NCBI GenBank assembly: GCA_964447685.1
Contig: CAYUTI010000003.1
Location: 7,026-71,025, forward strand
DNA: 64,000 bases
Direction of reading: 5' to 3'
Source: Candidatus Woesearchaeota archaeon
GTDB lineage: Archaea; Nanobdellota; Nanobdellia; SCGC-AAA011-G17; CAYUTI01
Under the pieces are notes generated by a model. That model worked only from the letters and a program-made list of their open reading frames with translations. It searched no databases and was not told the DNA's origin. The translations under genes were made by a program, and so were the position numbers. This document shows positions 46,233-56,632 of the stretch, piece by piece. Numbering within the stretch: the first letter of the stretch is position 1; the number at the start of each line of letters is the position of its first letter.

Positions 46233-48069
46233 TTTTTTTTAGGATAGCTTGCTTACCTTTCCAATCTAAAGCTTCTTTAAGGACTTGTTTTATATTGTTA
46301 CAAGGAATGATTTCTATCTTCTTTAGTTTATCTTTTGGTAATATCACATCATCTTTATTAGATTCTGGAATAATTACTCTTTTGATGCCTGCTTCAATTG
46401 CTGCTTCAATCTTTTGAGTTACTCCACCAATAGCTAAAACTTCTCCTCTAATTGATAAGGATCCTGTTAAAGCTGTGTCTTGCCTTACAGGTATTTGTTT
46501 TAATGCGGACATAATTGCTGTTGCGACTGATATAGATGCTGAATCTCCTTCTACACCTTCAGGGGTACCTAAGAATTGTATGTAAACATCATATTTCTCT
46601 TTAATATCTTCCCCAAAATTCTTAAGAATAATTGCTGAAACATTCTTTACTGCTTCTTGAGCTATTTTTCCTAGTTGACCTGTTGCTATGAATTCTGCTT
46701 TTTTTCCTCCAGGAGTTACTTCTGATTCTATTGGGAGGACTATTCCAGAGTAAGCACTATCTCCACCTAGAACTGCTAAACCATTTACTCTTCCTACTTG
46801 AGTTCCTTCTGTTTTAATTACTTGATATTGTTTCTTTTCTTCTATGTATTTATCAGCTAGTTGTTGTTCTAAAGGTCTTGCGAATACTTTAGCTTGTGTA
46901 ACATGATGTTCATCTGTAAATTTACTATTTTGTTCTAAGGCTAAATCACCTGCGGCTCTTATTATTCCACCTAATTCTCTTAATCTTAGAGTTAGTCTAT
47001 TTGCTCTACCTGCTCTACGTTTTGATTCTCTTATTATCTCTTCTACAGCATCTTTAGTAAAGTGAGGTATCTTTTGATCTTTAATTACTTCCTGTGCTAC
47101 AAACTGTGCTATTTTGTTTCGGTTTTCTTCTGTATCAGGCATATCATTATTCATATGGATCTCATAACCATATCCCCTTATTCTAGATCTCAATGCTGGA
47201 TGCATATTTTTGATTGTTTCTAAGTTTCCAGCTGCAACTAGAATAAAATCACATGGAACAGGTTCTGTTCTGGTCATTGCTCCTGAAGATCTTTCTGATT
47301 GTCCTGTAATAGGATATTTCTTTTCTTGAATTGCTGTTAATAGCTCTTGTTGAGTGTGAGGTTGTAAGGTTGCTATTTCATCTATGAATAAAACCCCTTT
47401 GTTTGTTTTATGGATCATCCCTGCTACAACTCTTTCATATGCAGGAGTACCTAAACCTCCTGATTGTAATGGGTCATGGAGTACATCACCTAGTAAAGCT
47501 CCTGCATGTGCTCCTGTTGCATCTTCAAAAGGTGCTTTTTCATTTTTTGAATTATCTACTAAAAGTTTTGGTATTTGTGCTTCAGCAATTTTCATCTTCT
47601 TTCCTAGATTTAAGAATAAAATGAATGATGCTAAGAAAAGCATTGAACCAATTAGTGACGCTGCAGCCATAATATCCCCATAAACAGATCTAATCCACCA
47701 AGGCATGATCATTGCAGCTATTACTAATACGAAGAATATAATATTTTGATTTTTTAATGAAGATGCTGCTTGTAATTTCTGTCTTCTGACTATTTGTTGA
47801 CCTTGTCCAGCAGGTAATGTTTTAATTAAAGGATTATTATCATCAATTTGGTTAGGTATTGAAAGAATATCTACTAACTTCTCTTTTGGTAAAAGTTCTG
47901 CTAAAGCCAGACCAATCATTGATTTTCCAGTGCCTGGTTCTCCAATTAATAAAACATTTCTTCTCTGTTTAGCAGCTTTTTTAATTACTTCTAAGGCATG
48001 TTCTTGGCCTATCACTTGATCCACTAATTTAGTTGGTACTTTGATATCTTTAGTTGTCTTATAGTTCAT
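46225..48069 (-). CDS. lon: archaeal membrane-bound Lon protease (LonB)
   Basis: AAA+ Walker A GEPGTGKS, two inserted TM helices, C-terminal Lon protease domain with a Ser-Lys dyad region. Confidence 0.9.
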
Positions 48070-48110
48070 TTTAAGTTATTAAAAAGTAAGAAAATAGAGT
48101 TTATAAAGGT

Positions 48111-48374
48111 TTATACAATATCTTCTTCAGCTACAACTACAAAATCACCTACAGCAATAACTGCTGAGAAAGGTATCATCATTTGACCATCTTCATTCTT
48201 TTCTAAATCTAAACCTTCAGTATAGGAAGTAGGATTTTTAAGAATTATTTGTATTAATTCACCTGTTCTGGTCTCAAAAGTCATATTTCCAACTTCTCCG
48301 AATCTTTTTCCAGATTTAGTAACTACGGTTTTACCCATAATTTGCTTTGAATATTTTTTTTCTTCTTCAGACAT
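48111..48374 (-). CDS. PRC-barrel domain protein
   Basis: IMGKTVVTKSGKRFGEVGNMTFETRTGELIQIIL...IPFSAVIAVGDFVVV matches the PRC barrel. Confidence 0.6.
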   Translation of the reverse strand: MSEEEKKYSKQIMGKTVVTKSGKRFGEVGNMTFETRTGELIQIILKNPTSYTEGLDLEKNEDGQMMIPFSAVIAVGDFVVVAEEDIV

Positions 48375-48428
48375 AGTACTTTATTTAGATTCTTACTTCT
48401 TTATAAATTTATCGTAATTTGATAATAA

Positions 48429-48728
48429 TTATTGCTTTTTCTTTATTGGAGAATTTATGAAACTTGGTATTTCTGGTGATATATCCAAATCAGTACTTTC
48501 TGCTTGATCTTCTAAAGTATCTACAACTGCTGCACCTGTAATAATAATAGAATTATCTGTTTGAATTAAGTTATGTTGTGCCATATAACCTAATGTAAAA
48601 AATAAAATTACTAAGACTAATACAGTTAAAATCATTAAACCTCTAGTTTTTTTCATAACTTTATGCTTAAATAGCTCTACTAATAGCATTAAGAAGACTA
48701 TTCCTAAAATTAAATATAATATTGACAT
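48429..48728 (-). CDS. small membrane protein
   Basis: Two TM helices. Confidence 0.35.
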   Translation of the reverse strand: MSILYLILGIVFLMLLVELFKHKVMKKTRGLMILTVLVLVILFFTLGYMAQHNLIQTDNSIIITGAAVVDTLEDQAESTDLDISPEIPSFINSPIKKKQ

Positions 48729-48794
48729 TTATTTTTACACCTCTAATAAAATTATATGTATAATATGTATTTAAAATTAACTAAAATGAAATTG

Positions 48795-49117
48795 GGACCC
48801 CTACACCTTCATTTCTTATGGAGTATTATTATTAAAATTTTAATATCTTAAGTATATTTATTGTTTGTTTTAAGATATTAGATAAAATAAGGTTTTTATT
48901 TTTAAGTAATGAATTATTATTATTTTATTAGTAGAAGGCATATATTATTATTTATTTAGTATTTAGTTTTTTTATTATTTATATTTATTTTATAAATATT
49001 ATTATTATATATTATATATATTTTATTATATATATTAAAATTAATATTTTTCTAAAGGAAATCAACGAGTTATTTTTTAAAAATTAAGTTCCAATGGAAA
49101 CGTAGGTGTAGGTGTAG
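48795..49117. promoter_or_regulatory. candidate oriC: two inverted ORB-like elements flanking a ~265-bp extremely AT-rich DUE, immediately upstream of orc1/cdc6
   Basis: ORB-right ttccaatggaaacgtaggtgtaggtgtag (49089-49117) matches the archaeal ORB consensus TTCCAnTGGAAAcg..gg. ORB-left (48795-48823) reads ctccataagaaatgaaggtgtaggggtccc on the minus strand. Between them is nearly pure A/T. Confidence 0.65.
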
Positions 49118-49161
49118 TATAACAATCTTTAAATATATGTTCACTTTAAAAAGTTTTGAAA

Positions 49162-50373
49162 ATGGGGGAAAAGATGTTAAGTGGGTTTTTTGAAGACTAT
49201 CTAAAGAAGGAACCTTTATTTAAAGATAAAAGTGTTCTTCAAGCTAATCATACTCCTAATAAAATTTTACATAGAGATGATCAAATTGATCAAGTTGCTA
49301 GTATTTTAGCTCCTTCTTTAAGAATGGAAAAACCAAGTAATGTTTTTATTTATGGTAAAACTGGTTCAGGTAAGACTTGTGTTGTTAAATATGTTACTTC
49401 TGAAATAAAAGAGATGGCTAATAAAAATGATTTACCTGTTAAGATATTTTATCTAAATTGTAAATTAAAGAGGGTTGCTGATACTGAATATAGGTTAATA
49501 GCTGAATTAGCAAGGGAGTTTGGAGATGATGTTCCTGCTACAGGACTTCCTACTGATGAGGTTTATAAGATATTTTTAAAGTCTGTAGAGAAAGAGAAAA
49601 TTCTATTTATTATTATTTTAGATGAGATTGATCAATTAGTCCATAAAGCTGGAGATGAGATTCTTTATAATTTAACTAGATTAAATTCTGAGTTAAAAGA
49701 AAGTCAAATTTCTATAATTGGTATATCTAATGATCTTTTATTTACTGATAATTTAGATCCTCGTGTTAAAAGTAGTTTAAGTGAGGAAGAAATTCATTTT
49801 CATCCTTATAATGCTTTACAATTACAAAAAATTTTACATGAAAGAGCAAAAGTTGCTTATAGAGATAATGTTCTTGAAGAAGGTCTTATTGAAAAATGTG
49901 CTGCTTATGCTGCACGTGAACATGGGGATGCAAGAAGAGCTTTAGAATTATTAAGGGTTGCGGGGGAATTAGCTGAAAGAAGAAGCCAAAGTATAGTTAG
50001 TATTAGTTTTTTAGATGAAGCTGAGAAAAAAATTGAAAAAGATAGAGTTTTGGAAGTTGTTAAAACTCAACCTAAACAATGTAAATTAGCTTTACATGCT
50101 ATATTTACTTTGTGCTTAAAGAATGATAAGAAACCGGTTTTTACAGGTGATATATATGAAATCTATAAAGATTCCTGTTTTAAGTGTGGTGTAAGGCCTT
50201 TAACCCAGAGACGATTGAGTGATATTATTGCTGAATTAGATATGTTAGGAATAATAAATGCTAAAGTAATTAGTAAAGGTCGATATGGTAGAACTAGGGA
50301 AATTCAATTAGATATTCCTTCTTCAACAATTAAGAAAATTCATGATTTGTTGAAGGAGGGACTTGAGTTATGA
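49162..50373 (+). CDS. cdc6: Orc1/Cdc6 replication initiator
   Basis: AAA+ Walker A GKTGSGKT, Walker B/sensor motifs, C-terminal winged helix. Confidence 0.9.
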   Translation: MGEKMLSGFFEDYLKKEPLFKDKSVLQANHTPNKILHRDDQIDQVASILAPSLRMEKPSNVFIYGKTGSGKTCVVKYVTSEIKEMANKNDLPVKIFYLNCKLKRVADTEYRLIAELAREFGDDVPATGLPTDEVYKIFLKSVEKEKILFIIILDEIDQLVHKAGDEILYNLTRLNSELKESQISIIGISNDLLFTDNLDPRVKSSLSEEEIHFHPYNALQLQKILHERAKVAYRDNVLEEGLIEKCAAYAAREHGDARRALELLRVAGELAERRSQSIVSISFLDEAEKKIEKDRVLEVVKTQPKQCKLALHAIFTLCLKNDKKPVFTGDIYEIYKDSCFKCGVRPLTQRRLSDIIAELDMLGIINAKVISKGRYGRTREIQLDIPSSTIKKIHDLLKEGLEL

Positions 50374-51998
50374 AAGATGTTGTATGTTCTTTTTTAGAGA
50401 AAGGTTTTTTAGTAAGTCCTGATTTTTTAAGTAGTTTACCCTCTAATTTTGATGAAAATTTATTTTTTAAAAAACTTTTTGATAAATTTAATACTAAGAA
50501 CAAACCTGTTGTTTTAAATAAAGATCTTTTTTTAATGGTTGAAAGTATTAAAGATATTGTAAATTTAAATTGGAAAGAATTTGAGGTTTCTAAAGTTCTT
50601 TATGAAAAAAATAAAGATGATAAATTATATCCTTCTTTTTTGAATTTTTTTAAACTTAAAGATAATGAGATGAAGGTTAAGAAGATAATTAATGAGATTG
50701 AGAAGGATGAGGGGTATATAGAAGATGAAGTAGATGTTTCTGATAGTAGTGTAATTGTTTTAAGTACTTATAAAGACCCTGGTAAGAAAAAAGAAATAAA
50801 GGATTTTGTAGGATATTTTAAATCAAGATATGATTCTTTGAAAGGAATTTTATTAAATAGAGAAGAATTACAAGGTTGTTTATCTATTAAAAATATAACT
50901 AAAGAAAGTGGTAATGTAGGTATTATAGGTATAATTTCTGATATTACTTTCACTAAAAATGATAATTGTATATTAACTTTAGAAGATTTAACTGGATCAA
51001 TTAAGGTTTTAATTACTAAAAAGAATACTGAATTATTTAGTTTAGTTAAAGACTTAGTTTTGGATGAGGTTATTGGTGTAGTTGGTGCTGCAGGAGATGG
51101 TATTGTATTTTCTAATCAGATTTATTTTCCAGATATCCCTTTGAATAAAGAATTCAAAAAAGTGAATGAAGATGTTTTTGTTGCTTTTACGGCTGATTTA
51201 CATATTGGTTCTAATATGTTTTTTGCTGATGATTTTCTTCGTTTTATTAATTGGTTGAATGGTGAAGTTGGAAATGGTAAACAAAGGGAGTTAGCTAAAA
51301 GAGTTAAATATCTTTTTATTGTTGGGGATTTAGTTGATGGTGCTGGAATCTATCCAGATCAAGATAAGGAATTAGTTATTAAAGATGTTTCTAAACAGTA
51401 TGAAAAATGTGCTGAATATTTGGGGAAGATACGTAAAGATTTGAAAATTGTTATATGTGCAGGTAATCACGATGCATTAAGAATTGCAGAACCTCAACCT
51501 ATTCTTAATAAGGATTTGGCCAAATCCCTCTATGAGTTACCTAATTTAATTATGGTTACTAATCCTAGTTTAGTAAATATACACTCTTCTAAAGATTTCC
51601 CAGGTTTTGATATATTATTATATCATGGATATAGTTTTCAATACTTTGCAGATAAAGTTGAGAGTGTAAGAGTTGCAGGGGGAACTGATCGAACTGATTT
51701 AATTATGAAATTTTTATTACAAAAAAGACATTTAGCCCCTTCACATACTTCTACATTATATATACCCCATCCAAATGAGGATCCTTTATTGATTAATAAG
51801 GTCCCAGATTTTTTTGTTACAGGCCATATGCATAGAACTTCTGTTATAAATTATCGTAATGTGACTTCTATTGGGTGTGGTTGTTGGCAAGGACAAACTG
51901 CTTTTATGGAGAAAGTGGGTGTACATCCAGATCCATCAAGAGTGAGTTTAATTAATTTAAAGACAAGGGAGGTTAAGATACTTAACTTTTCAAAATGA
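50370..51998 (+). CDS. DNA polymerase II (PolD) small subunit DP1
   Basis: OB-fold followed by a calcineurin-like phosphodiesterase domain (DLHIGS, GDLVDGAGIYP, GNHD, GHMH). Start overlaps the cdc6 stop. Confidence 0.85.
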   Translation: MKDVVCSFLEKGFLVSPDFLSSLPSNFDENLFFKKLFDKFNTKNKPVVLNKDLFLMVESIKDIVNLNWKEFEVSKVLYEKNKDDKLYPSFLNFFKLKDNEMKVKKIINEIEKDEGYIEDEVDVSDSSVIVLSTYKDPGKKKEIKDFVGYFKSRYDSLKGILLNREELQGCLSIKNITKESGNVGIIGIISDITFTKNDNCILTLEDLTGSIKVLITKKNTELFSLVKDLVLDEVIGVVGAAGDGIVFSNQIYFPDIPLNKEFKKVNEDVFVAFTADLHIGSNMFFADDFLRFINWLNGEVGNGKQRELAKRVKYLFIVGDLVDGAGIYPDQDKELVIKDVSKQYEKCAEYLGKIRKDLKIVICAGNHDALRIAEPQPILNKDLAKSLYELPNLIMVTNPSLVNIHSSKDFPGFDILLYHGYSFQYFADKVESVRVAGGTDRTDLIMKFLLQKRHLAPSHTSTLYIPHPNEDPLLINKVPDFFVTGHMHRTSVINYRNVTSIGCGCWQGQTAFMEKVGVHPDPSRVSLINLKTREVKILNFSK

Positions 51999-54900
51999 GC
52001 TCTGAAAGTAAAGTAATGGCCAAGTATTTTGATAATTTAGATAGTAGTGTAAATACTTGTTTAAAAATTTGTAATGAAGCTAAGAGTAAAGGTTTTGATC
52101 CTGAAGAAAAGGTAGATGTTGTTTTAGCTAAAAATATGGCTGAAAGAGTAGAAGGTTTGATTAGTACTGTTGCTCCACAAATTAAAGGTTCGGGAATTGT
52201 AGAAAGAATTATTGAGCTAGAGAAAGAATATGGACAACAAGATTGGAGAGTTGCTAATTTTATTGCTTTAGAGGTTACCCAAGAAAAATTCTGTAAGTTT
52301 TCTGATAAAAGAGAGGCAATGGAGGTTGGTTTAAGGATTGGTTTAGCTTATATTACTGTAGGAGTCGTTGCTAGTCCTTTAGAAGGTTTTGTTAAATTAG
52401 AACTTAAAAAAAGAAAGGATGGCAAAGGGGAGTATTTTGCTTTATTCTTTTCTGGTCCTATTAGAAGTGCTGGAACTACAGCTACTTGTATATTTGTTGC
52501 TTTAGCAGATTATGTTAGAAGGAATATGGGTTATGCTGCTTATGATCCTACTCAAGATGAAATTAAAAGGATGAGTACTGAATTAATAGATTTTCATGAG
52601 AGAGTAACCAATTTACAATATTTTCCAACTGCTGAAGAAATCGAATTTATGACTAAATCCTTGCCTGTTCAAATTGATGGAGATCCTTCTGAAAAAGTAG
52701 AAGTAAGTAACTATAAGGATCTTGATAGGATTGAAACAAATCGGTTAAGAAATGGAGTATGTTTGGTTATGGCAGAGGGATTATGTCAAAAAGCTGCAAA
52801 ATTCTGGGGTAGATATTCTAAATGGAATAATGATATTGGGATGGAATCTTGGGTCTTCCTTGATGATTTTGTTAATTTACAGAAAAAAATTAAGGCTAAA
52901 GGTAAGGTTGCTAGTGAGGATGGAAAGGAGGTAAAGGTAAAACCAGATTATACTTTTATTAAAGATTTAGTTGCAGGTAGACCTGTCTTTTCACATCCTT
53001 TAGCAGTAGGTGGTTTTAGGATTAGATATGGTAGATGTAGAAACTCTGGCTTTTCTGCTCAGGCAATTCACCCTGCTACTATGTTTTTATTAAATCATTT
53101 TATAGCAATTGGTACACAATTGAAAGTAGAAAGGCCAGGTAAGGCTTGTGTTATTGGTTCTTGTGATAGTGTAGAAGGTCCTGTTGTTAAACTTAAGAAT
53201 GGTTCAGTTGTTCTTGTTGAAAATGAAAATCAAGCTAAAAAAATTGCTAAAGATATAGAAGAAATTATCTTTTTAGGTGATACATTAATTAATTATGGGG
53301 ACTTTTTTAATAGAGCTCATATTCTTTTACCTCCAGGCTATTGTGAGGAGTGGTGGTTCTTAGAAGTTAAGAGGGCTCTTGAAGATAAAAAAATGAAGTT
53401 TAAGGATTTGGGTTTTGATTTTTTTGATGAATTAGAAAAAGATCCGATTCATTTTAAAATTAATGCTGAGCAGGCAATCATTATTTCTGAAAAATTAGGA
53501 GTACCTTTACACCCTCGTTATACTTATCATTGGAAGGATATTAGTATAGATCAATTTTTGAGTTTAATTAATTGGTTAGAGAAAGCAAGTATCCAAAAAA
53601 GTAAAATCATATTTCCTTCAGAGTATGATATTGAAGAACATATTGAAAAAGATGACCCTAAAAGAGTTCTTGAATTAATTGGAGTTCCACATAAATGTGT
53701 GGGTACTGAACATGTTATTATTGAAGGAGATGATGCAGATGCTTTTGCTGCTAGCTTAGGTTTTTATAGTCATGATTTGGATGAGGATTTAATTCGTAAA
53801 GCTTGTTTAGATAAAAAAGATGTTTTGGATCTTATGAATTCTATCTCTGAAGTTAAGCTAAGGGATAAAAGTGGTTATTTTATGGGGGCTAGAATGGGAA
53901 GGCCAGAAAAAGCTAAAATGCGTAAGTTAGATGGAAGCCCACAAGTTTTATTTCCTGTTGGTAAAGAAGGAGGTAAGATGAGATGTTTTCAATCTGCTTT
54001 GGAAAAAGGACATATTGTTTCAGATTTTGCAACATATTATTGTGATAAATGTAAAAAAGATACTATCTACCCTATTTGTGAAAATTGTTCTTCTAAAACC
54101 ACTAAAGTTTATTATTGTCCTGAATGTATGAAAAATTATCTTGATAATAGTTGTGAAAAACATGGTGATCTGAAACCTTTTAAAAGCCAGAAGATAGATA
54201 TTGAGTATTATTTTAAGAAAGCACTTGATAATTTGAATATTAAAGACCATCCAGAATTAATAAAAGGTGTTAGAGGAACTAGTAATGAGGACCATTTCCC
54301 TGAGCATTTATGTAAAGGTTTGTTACGTGCTAAACATAATATCTATGTAAATAAGGATGGTACTACTCGTTATGATATGACTGAGATGACGATTACTCAT
54401 TTTAAACCTAAAGAAATAGGTACTAGTATAGAAGTTTTGAGAGAATTAGGGTATACTAAAGATATCTATGGAAAAGATCTTGTTAAAGATGACCAAATTT
54501 TAGAATTAAAAGTCCAAGATGTTATTTTACCTAGCTGCGATGATGCTTTGGAGGAAGGTGCTGATCTAGTATTATATAGGGTTACTAAGTTTATTGATGA
54601 TTTATTAGTTAAATTATATGGGGTTAAACCCTTTTATAATCTTAAAAATAAAAAAGATTTAGCAGGACACCTTATAATTGGTTTAAGCCCACATACTTCT
54701 GCAGGAATTGTAGGAAGAATAATTGGTTTTTCTAAAACTCAAGGATTTTTAACTAGTCCTTTATTCCATAGTATAATGCGTCGTGATTGTGATGGTGATG
54801 AGGCAGGAGTTATGTTATTGATGGATGCATTTTTAAATTTTTCACGTAAATTTTTACCCGCTCATAGAGGAGCAAAACAAGATGAACCACTTGTTCTAAC

Positions 54901-55546
54901 TTCTAAATTAATTCCTGGAGAAGTTGATGATATGGTTTTTGATATGGACACCTGCTGGAGTTACCCTTTAGAATTTTATCAGGCTTGTTTAGAATATAAA
55001 TACCCTTGGGATGTTGAAATTGAAAGATTTAAATCTCGGTTGGGTAAGGAGTCACAATACGAAGGTTTAGGGTTTACACATGATACTGTTAATATTAATA
55101 ATGGAGTTAGATGTAGTGCGTATAAATCTATTCCTTCTATGCAAGAAAAAGTATATGGACAAATGGATCTGGCTGAAAAGATTCGGGCTGTTGATGAAGT
55201 AGATGTTGCATCTTTGGTTATTGAAAGACATTTTGTTAGAGATATTAAAGGTAATCTAAGAAAGTTTAGTATGCAACAGTTTAGGTGTGTGGATTGTAAC
55301 TCTAAATTCAGAAGACCTCCTTTAGTTGGTAAGTGTACTAATTGTGGGGGAAGAATTATATTTACTATTGCAGAGGGTAGTGTAATTAAATACTTAGAGC
55401 CTAGTTTGAGTTTAGCTGAGAAATATGATCTACCTCCTTATTTAAGACAAACTTTAGAATTGACTAAACTTCGTATTGAAAGTGTTTTTGGAAAAGAGGA
55501 CGAAAAACAAGAAGGTTTAGGAAGATGGTTTGATAAAAAAGTTTAA
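51995..55546 (+). CDS. DNA polymerase II (PolD) large subunit DP2
   Basis: 1183 aa, DP2 Zn-finger clusters (CDKCKK...CENC, CVDCNSKF...CTNCGG), intein-free. Start overlaps the DP1 stop. Confidence 0.9.
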   Translation: MSSESKVMAKYFDNLDSSVNTCLKICNEAKSKGFDPEEKVDVVLAKNMAERVEGLISTVAPQIKGSGIVERIIELEKEYGQQDWRVANFIALEVTQEKFCKFSDKREAMEVGLRIGLAYITVGVVASPLEGFVKLELKKRKDGKGEYFALFFSGPIRSAGTTATCIFVALADYVRRNMGYAAYDPTQDEIKRMSTELIDFHERVTNLQYFPTAEEIEFMTKSLPVQIDGDPSEKVEVSNYKDLDRIETNRLRNGVCLVMAEGLCQKAAKFWGRYSKWNNDIGMESWVFLDDFVNLQKKIKAKGKVASEDGKEVKVKPDYTFIKDLVAGRPVFSHPLAVGGFRIRYGRCRNSGFSAQAIHPATMFLLNHFIAIGTQLKVERPGKACVIGSCDSVEGPVVKLKNGSVVLVENENQAKKIAKDIEEIIFLGDTLINYGDFFNRAHILLPPGYCEEWWFLEVKRALEDKKMKFKDLGFDFFDELEKDPIHFKINAEQAIIISEKLGVPLHPRYTYHWKDISIDQFLSLINWLEKASIQKSKIIFPSEYDIEEHIEKDDPKRVLELIGVPHKCVGTEHVIIEGDDADAFAASLGFYSHDLDEDLIRKACLDKKDVLDLMNSISEVKLRDKSGYFMGARMGRPEKAKMRKLDGSPQVLFPVGKEGGKMRCFQSALEKGHIVSDFATYYCDKCKKDTIYPICENCSSKTTKVYYCPECMKNYLDNSCEKHGDLKPFKSQKIDIEYYFKKALDNLNIKDHPELIKGVRGTSNEDHFPEHLCKGLLRAKHNIYVNKDGTTRYDMTEMTITHFKPKEIGTSIEVLRELGYTKDIYGKDLVKDDQILELKVQDVILPSCDDALEEGADLVLYRVTKFIDDLLVKLYGVKPFYNLKNKKDLAGHLIIGLSPHTSAGIVGRIIGFSKTQGFLTSPLFHSIMRRDCDGDEAGVMLLMDAFLNFSRKFLPAHRGAKQDEPLVLTSKLIPGEVDDMVFDMDTCWSYPLEFYQACLEYKYPWDVEIERFKSRLGKESQYEGLGFTHDTVNINNGVRCSAYKSIPSMQEKVYGQMDLAEKIRAVDEVDVASLVIERHFVRDIKGNLRKFSMQQFRCVDCNSKFRRPPLVGKCTNCGGRIIFTIAEGSVIKYLEPSLSLAEKYDLPPYLRQTLELTKLRIESVFGKEDEKQEGLGRWFDKKV

Positions 55547-55571
55547 ATAAGTGTGAATATATCCTTTTTTT

Positions 55572-56174
55572 ATGAAAAAGAAGTTGGTTATAGCTTTAGT
55601 TGTTGGTTTTGTTTTATTTATGATCCTTTTATTATTATTATTTATTTTTGGTGAACTTAGTTTTATTATCTATATTTTGATGTTACTCTTTATAATTGGT
55701 TATGGTTTTTATTTGAGAAGTTTGATAGGTCCAGAATCAGAAACGACTTTACCTGTTAAACCTACTGAACCAGTTCTTAATAAAAAAACTGTGGTTAATG
55801 TGCCTATAATACCTGTTAAAAAAGTTATAATTAAAAAACCGCTTCCTGTTAAAGGTCCTCTTCAAACAGTTTTTAGATCCATTAAAAAGAAAGTAGGAAT
55901 AATTGATAAAGCTTTAGATGAATATATTAAATATAATCTTTATTATGGAAGAAGTAAGAAGGAGATAATTGATAAATTAGAAAAATCTGGCTGGAATTCT
56001 AAGAATGTAGAGCAAGCTTTTGAAAGGGTAGGTAAAGTTAATCCGATTATGGTGACTAAAGGAAAATTAACCCCTGAAGAAGAAGCAATCAAGGAAAGGA
56101 TTGCTAAGACTAATTATATTGACTCTAACTATGGTAATAAAGAAGCGAAAAAATTAAAAAAGGATAAAAAGTAA
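55572..56174 (+). CDS. hypothetical membrane protein (Lys/Pro-rich linker)
   Basis: Two TM helices, KKP-rich spacer, helical C-terminal domain. Confidence 0.4.
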   Translation: MKKKLVIALVVGFVLFMILLLLLFIFGELSFIIYILMLLFIIGYGFYLRSLIGPESETTLPVKPTEPVLNKKTVVNVPIIPVKKVIIKKPLPVKGPLQTVFRSIKKKVGIIDKALDEYIKYNLYYGRSKKEIIDKLEKSGWNSKNVEQAFERVGKVNPIMVTKGKLTPEEEAIKERIAKTNYIDSNYGNKEAKKLKKDKK

Positions 56175-56183
56175 TATTCCTTT

Positions 56184-56624
56184 ATGAAATTAGGATATCT
56201 CTTATTGGGGTTATTAGTTGTATTTGCAGGTTGTGATAAACCTGTTGTTGAACGAAGCTGTGGAGATTATAAATGCAGTTTTGATGAAGATTGTACTACT
56301 TGTATGGAAGATTGTGGTTTATGTAAAGGTTTGAATATCCTTAATTTTGAGTGTATTGAAGAAGTAGAAGAGGGTAAGTGTTTTAGTAAATGTGGATGGA
56401 GTGTAATTACTACTGATTCTTATGGAGAATATAAGATTCAGATAAGTATTAAAGATGTTACAACTGGGAAAATTATTGCTCGTCAAATGTTTTTTAGTGA
56501 ATGGCAATTAATTGCTAATTCTGAAAAATGGGATTATGTAAACATTGAACATAGTTGTGGTTTTGGTTCTGAAGGTTATGAATATCTAAATAAACCTTAT
56601 TCTTTAAATATTGTTTCTTTGTAA
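56184..56624 (+). CDS. putative secreted Cys-rich lipoprotein
   Basis: Signal peptide with AGC lipobox-like motif; 10 Cys. Confidence 0.4.
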   Translation: MKLGYLLLGLLVVFAGCDKPVVERSCGDYKCSFDEDCTTCMEDCGLCKGLNILNFECIEEVEEGKCFSKCGWSVITTDSYGEYKIQISIKDVTTGKIIARQMFFSEWQLIANSEKWDYVNIEHSCGFGSEGYEYLNKPYSLNIVSL

Positions 56625-56632
56625 TTATTTTG

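Noticed and set aside
47384-47683. Plus-strand ORFs inside lon (47384-47683, 47403-47624, 46229-46417)
   Set aside because: Antisense shadow ORFs of LonB.
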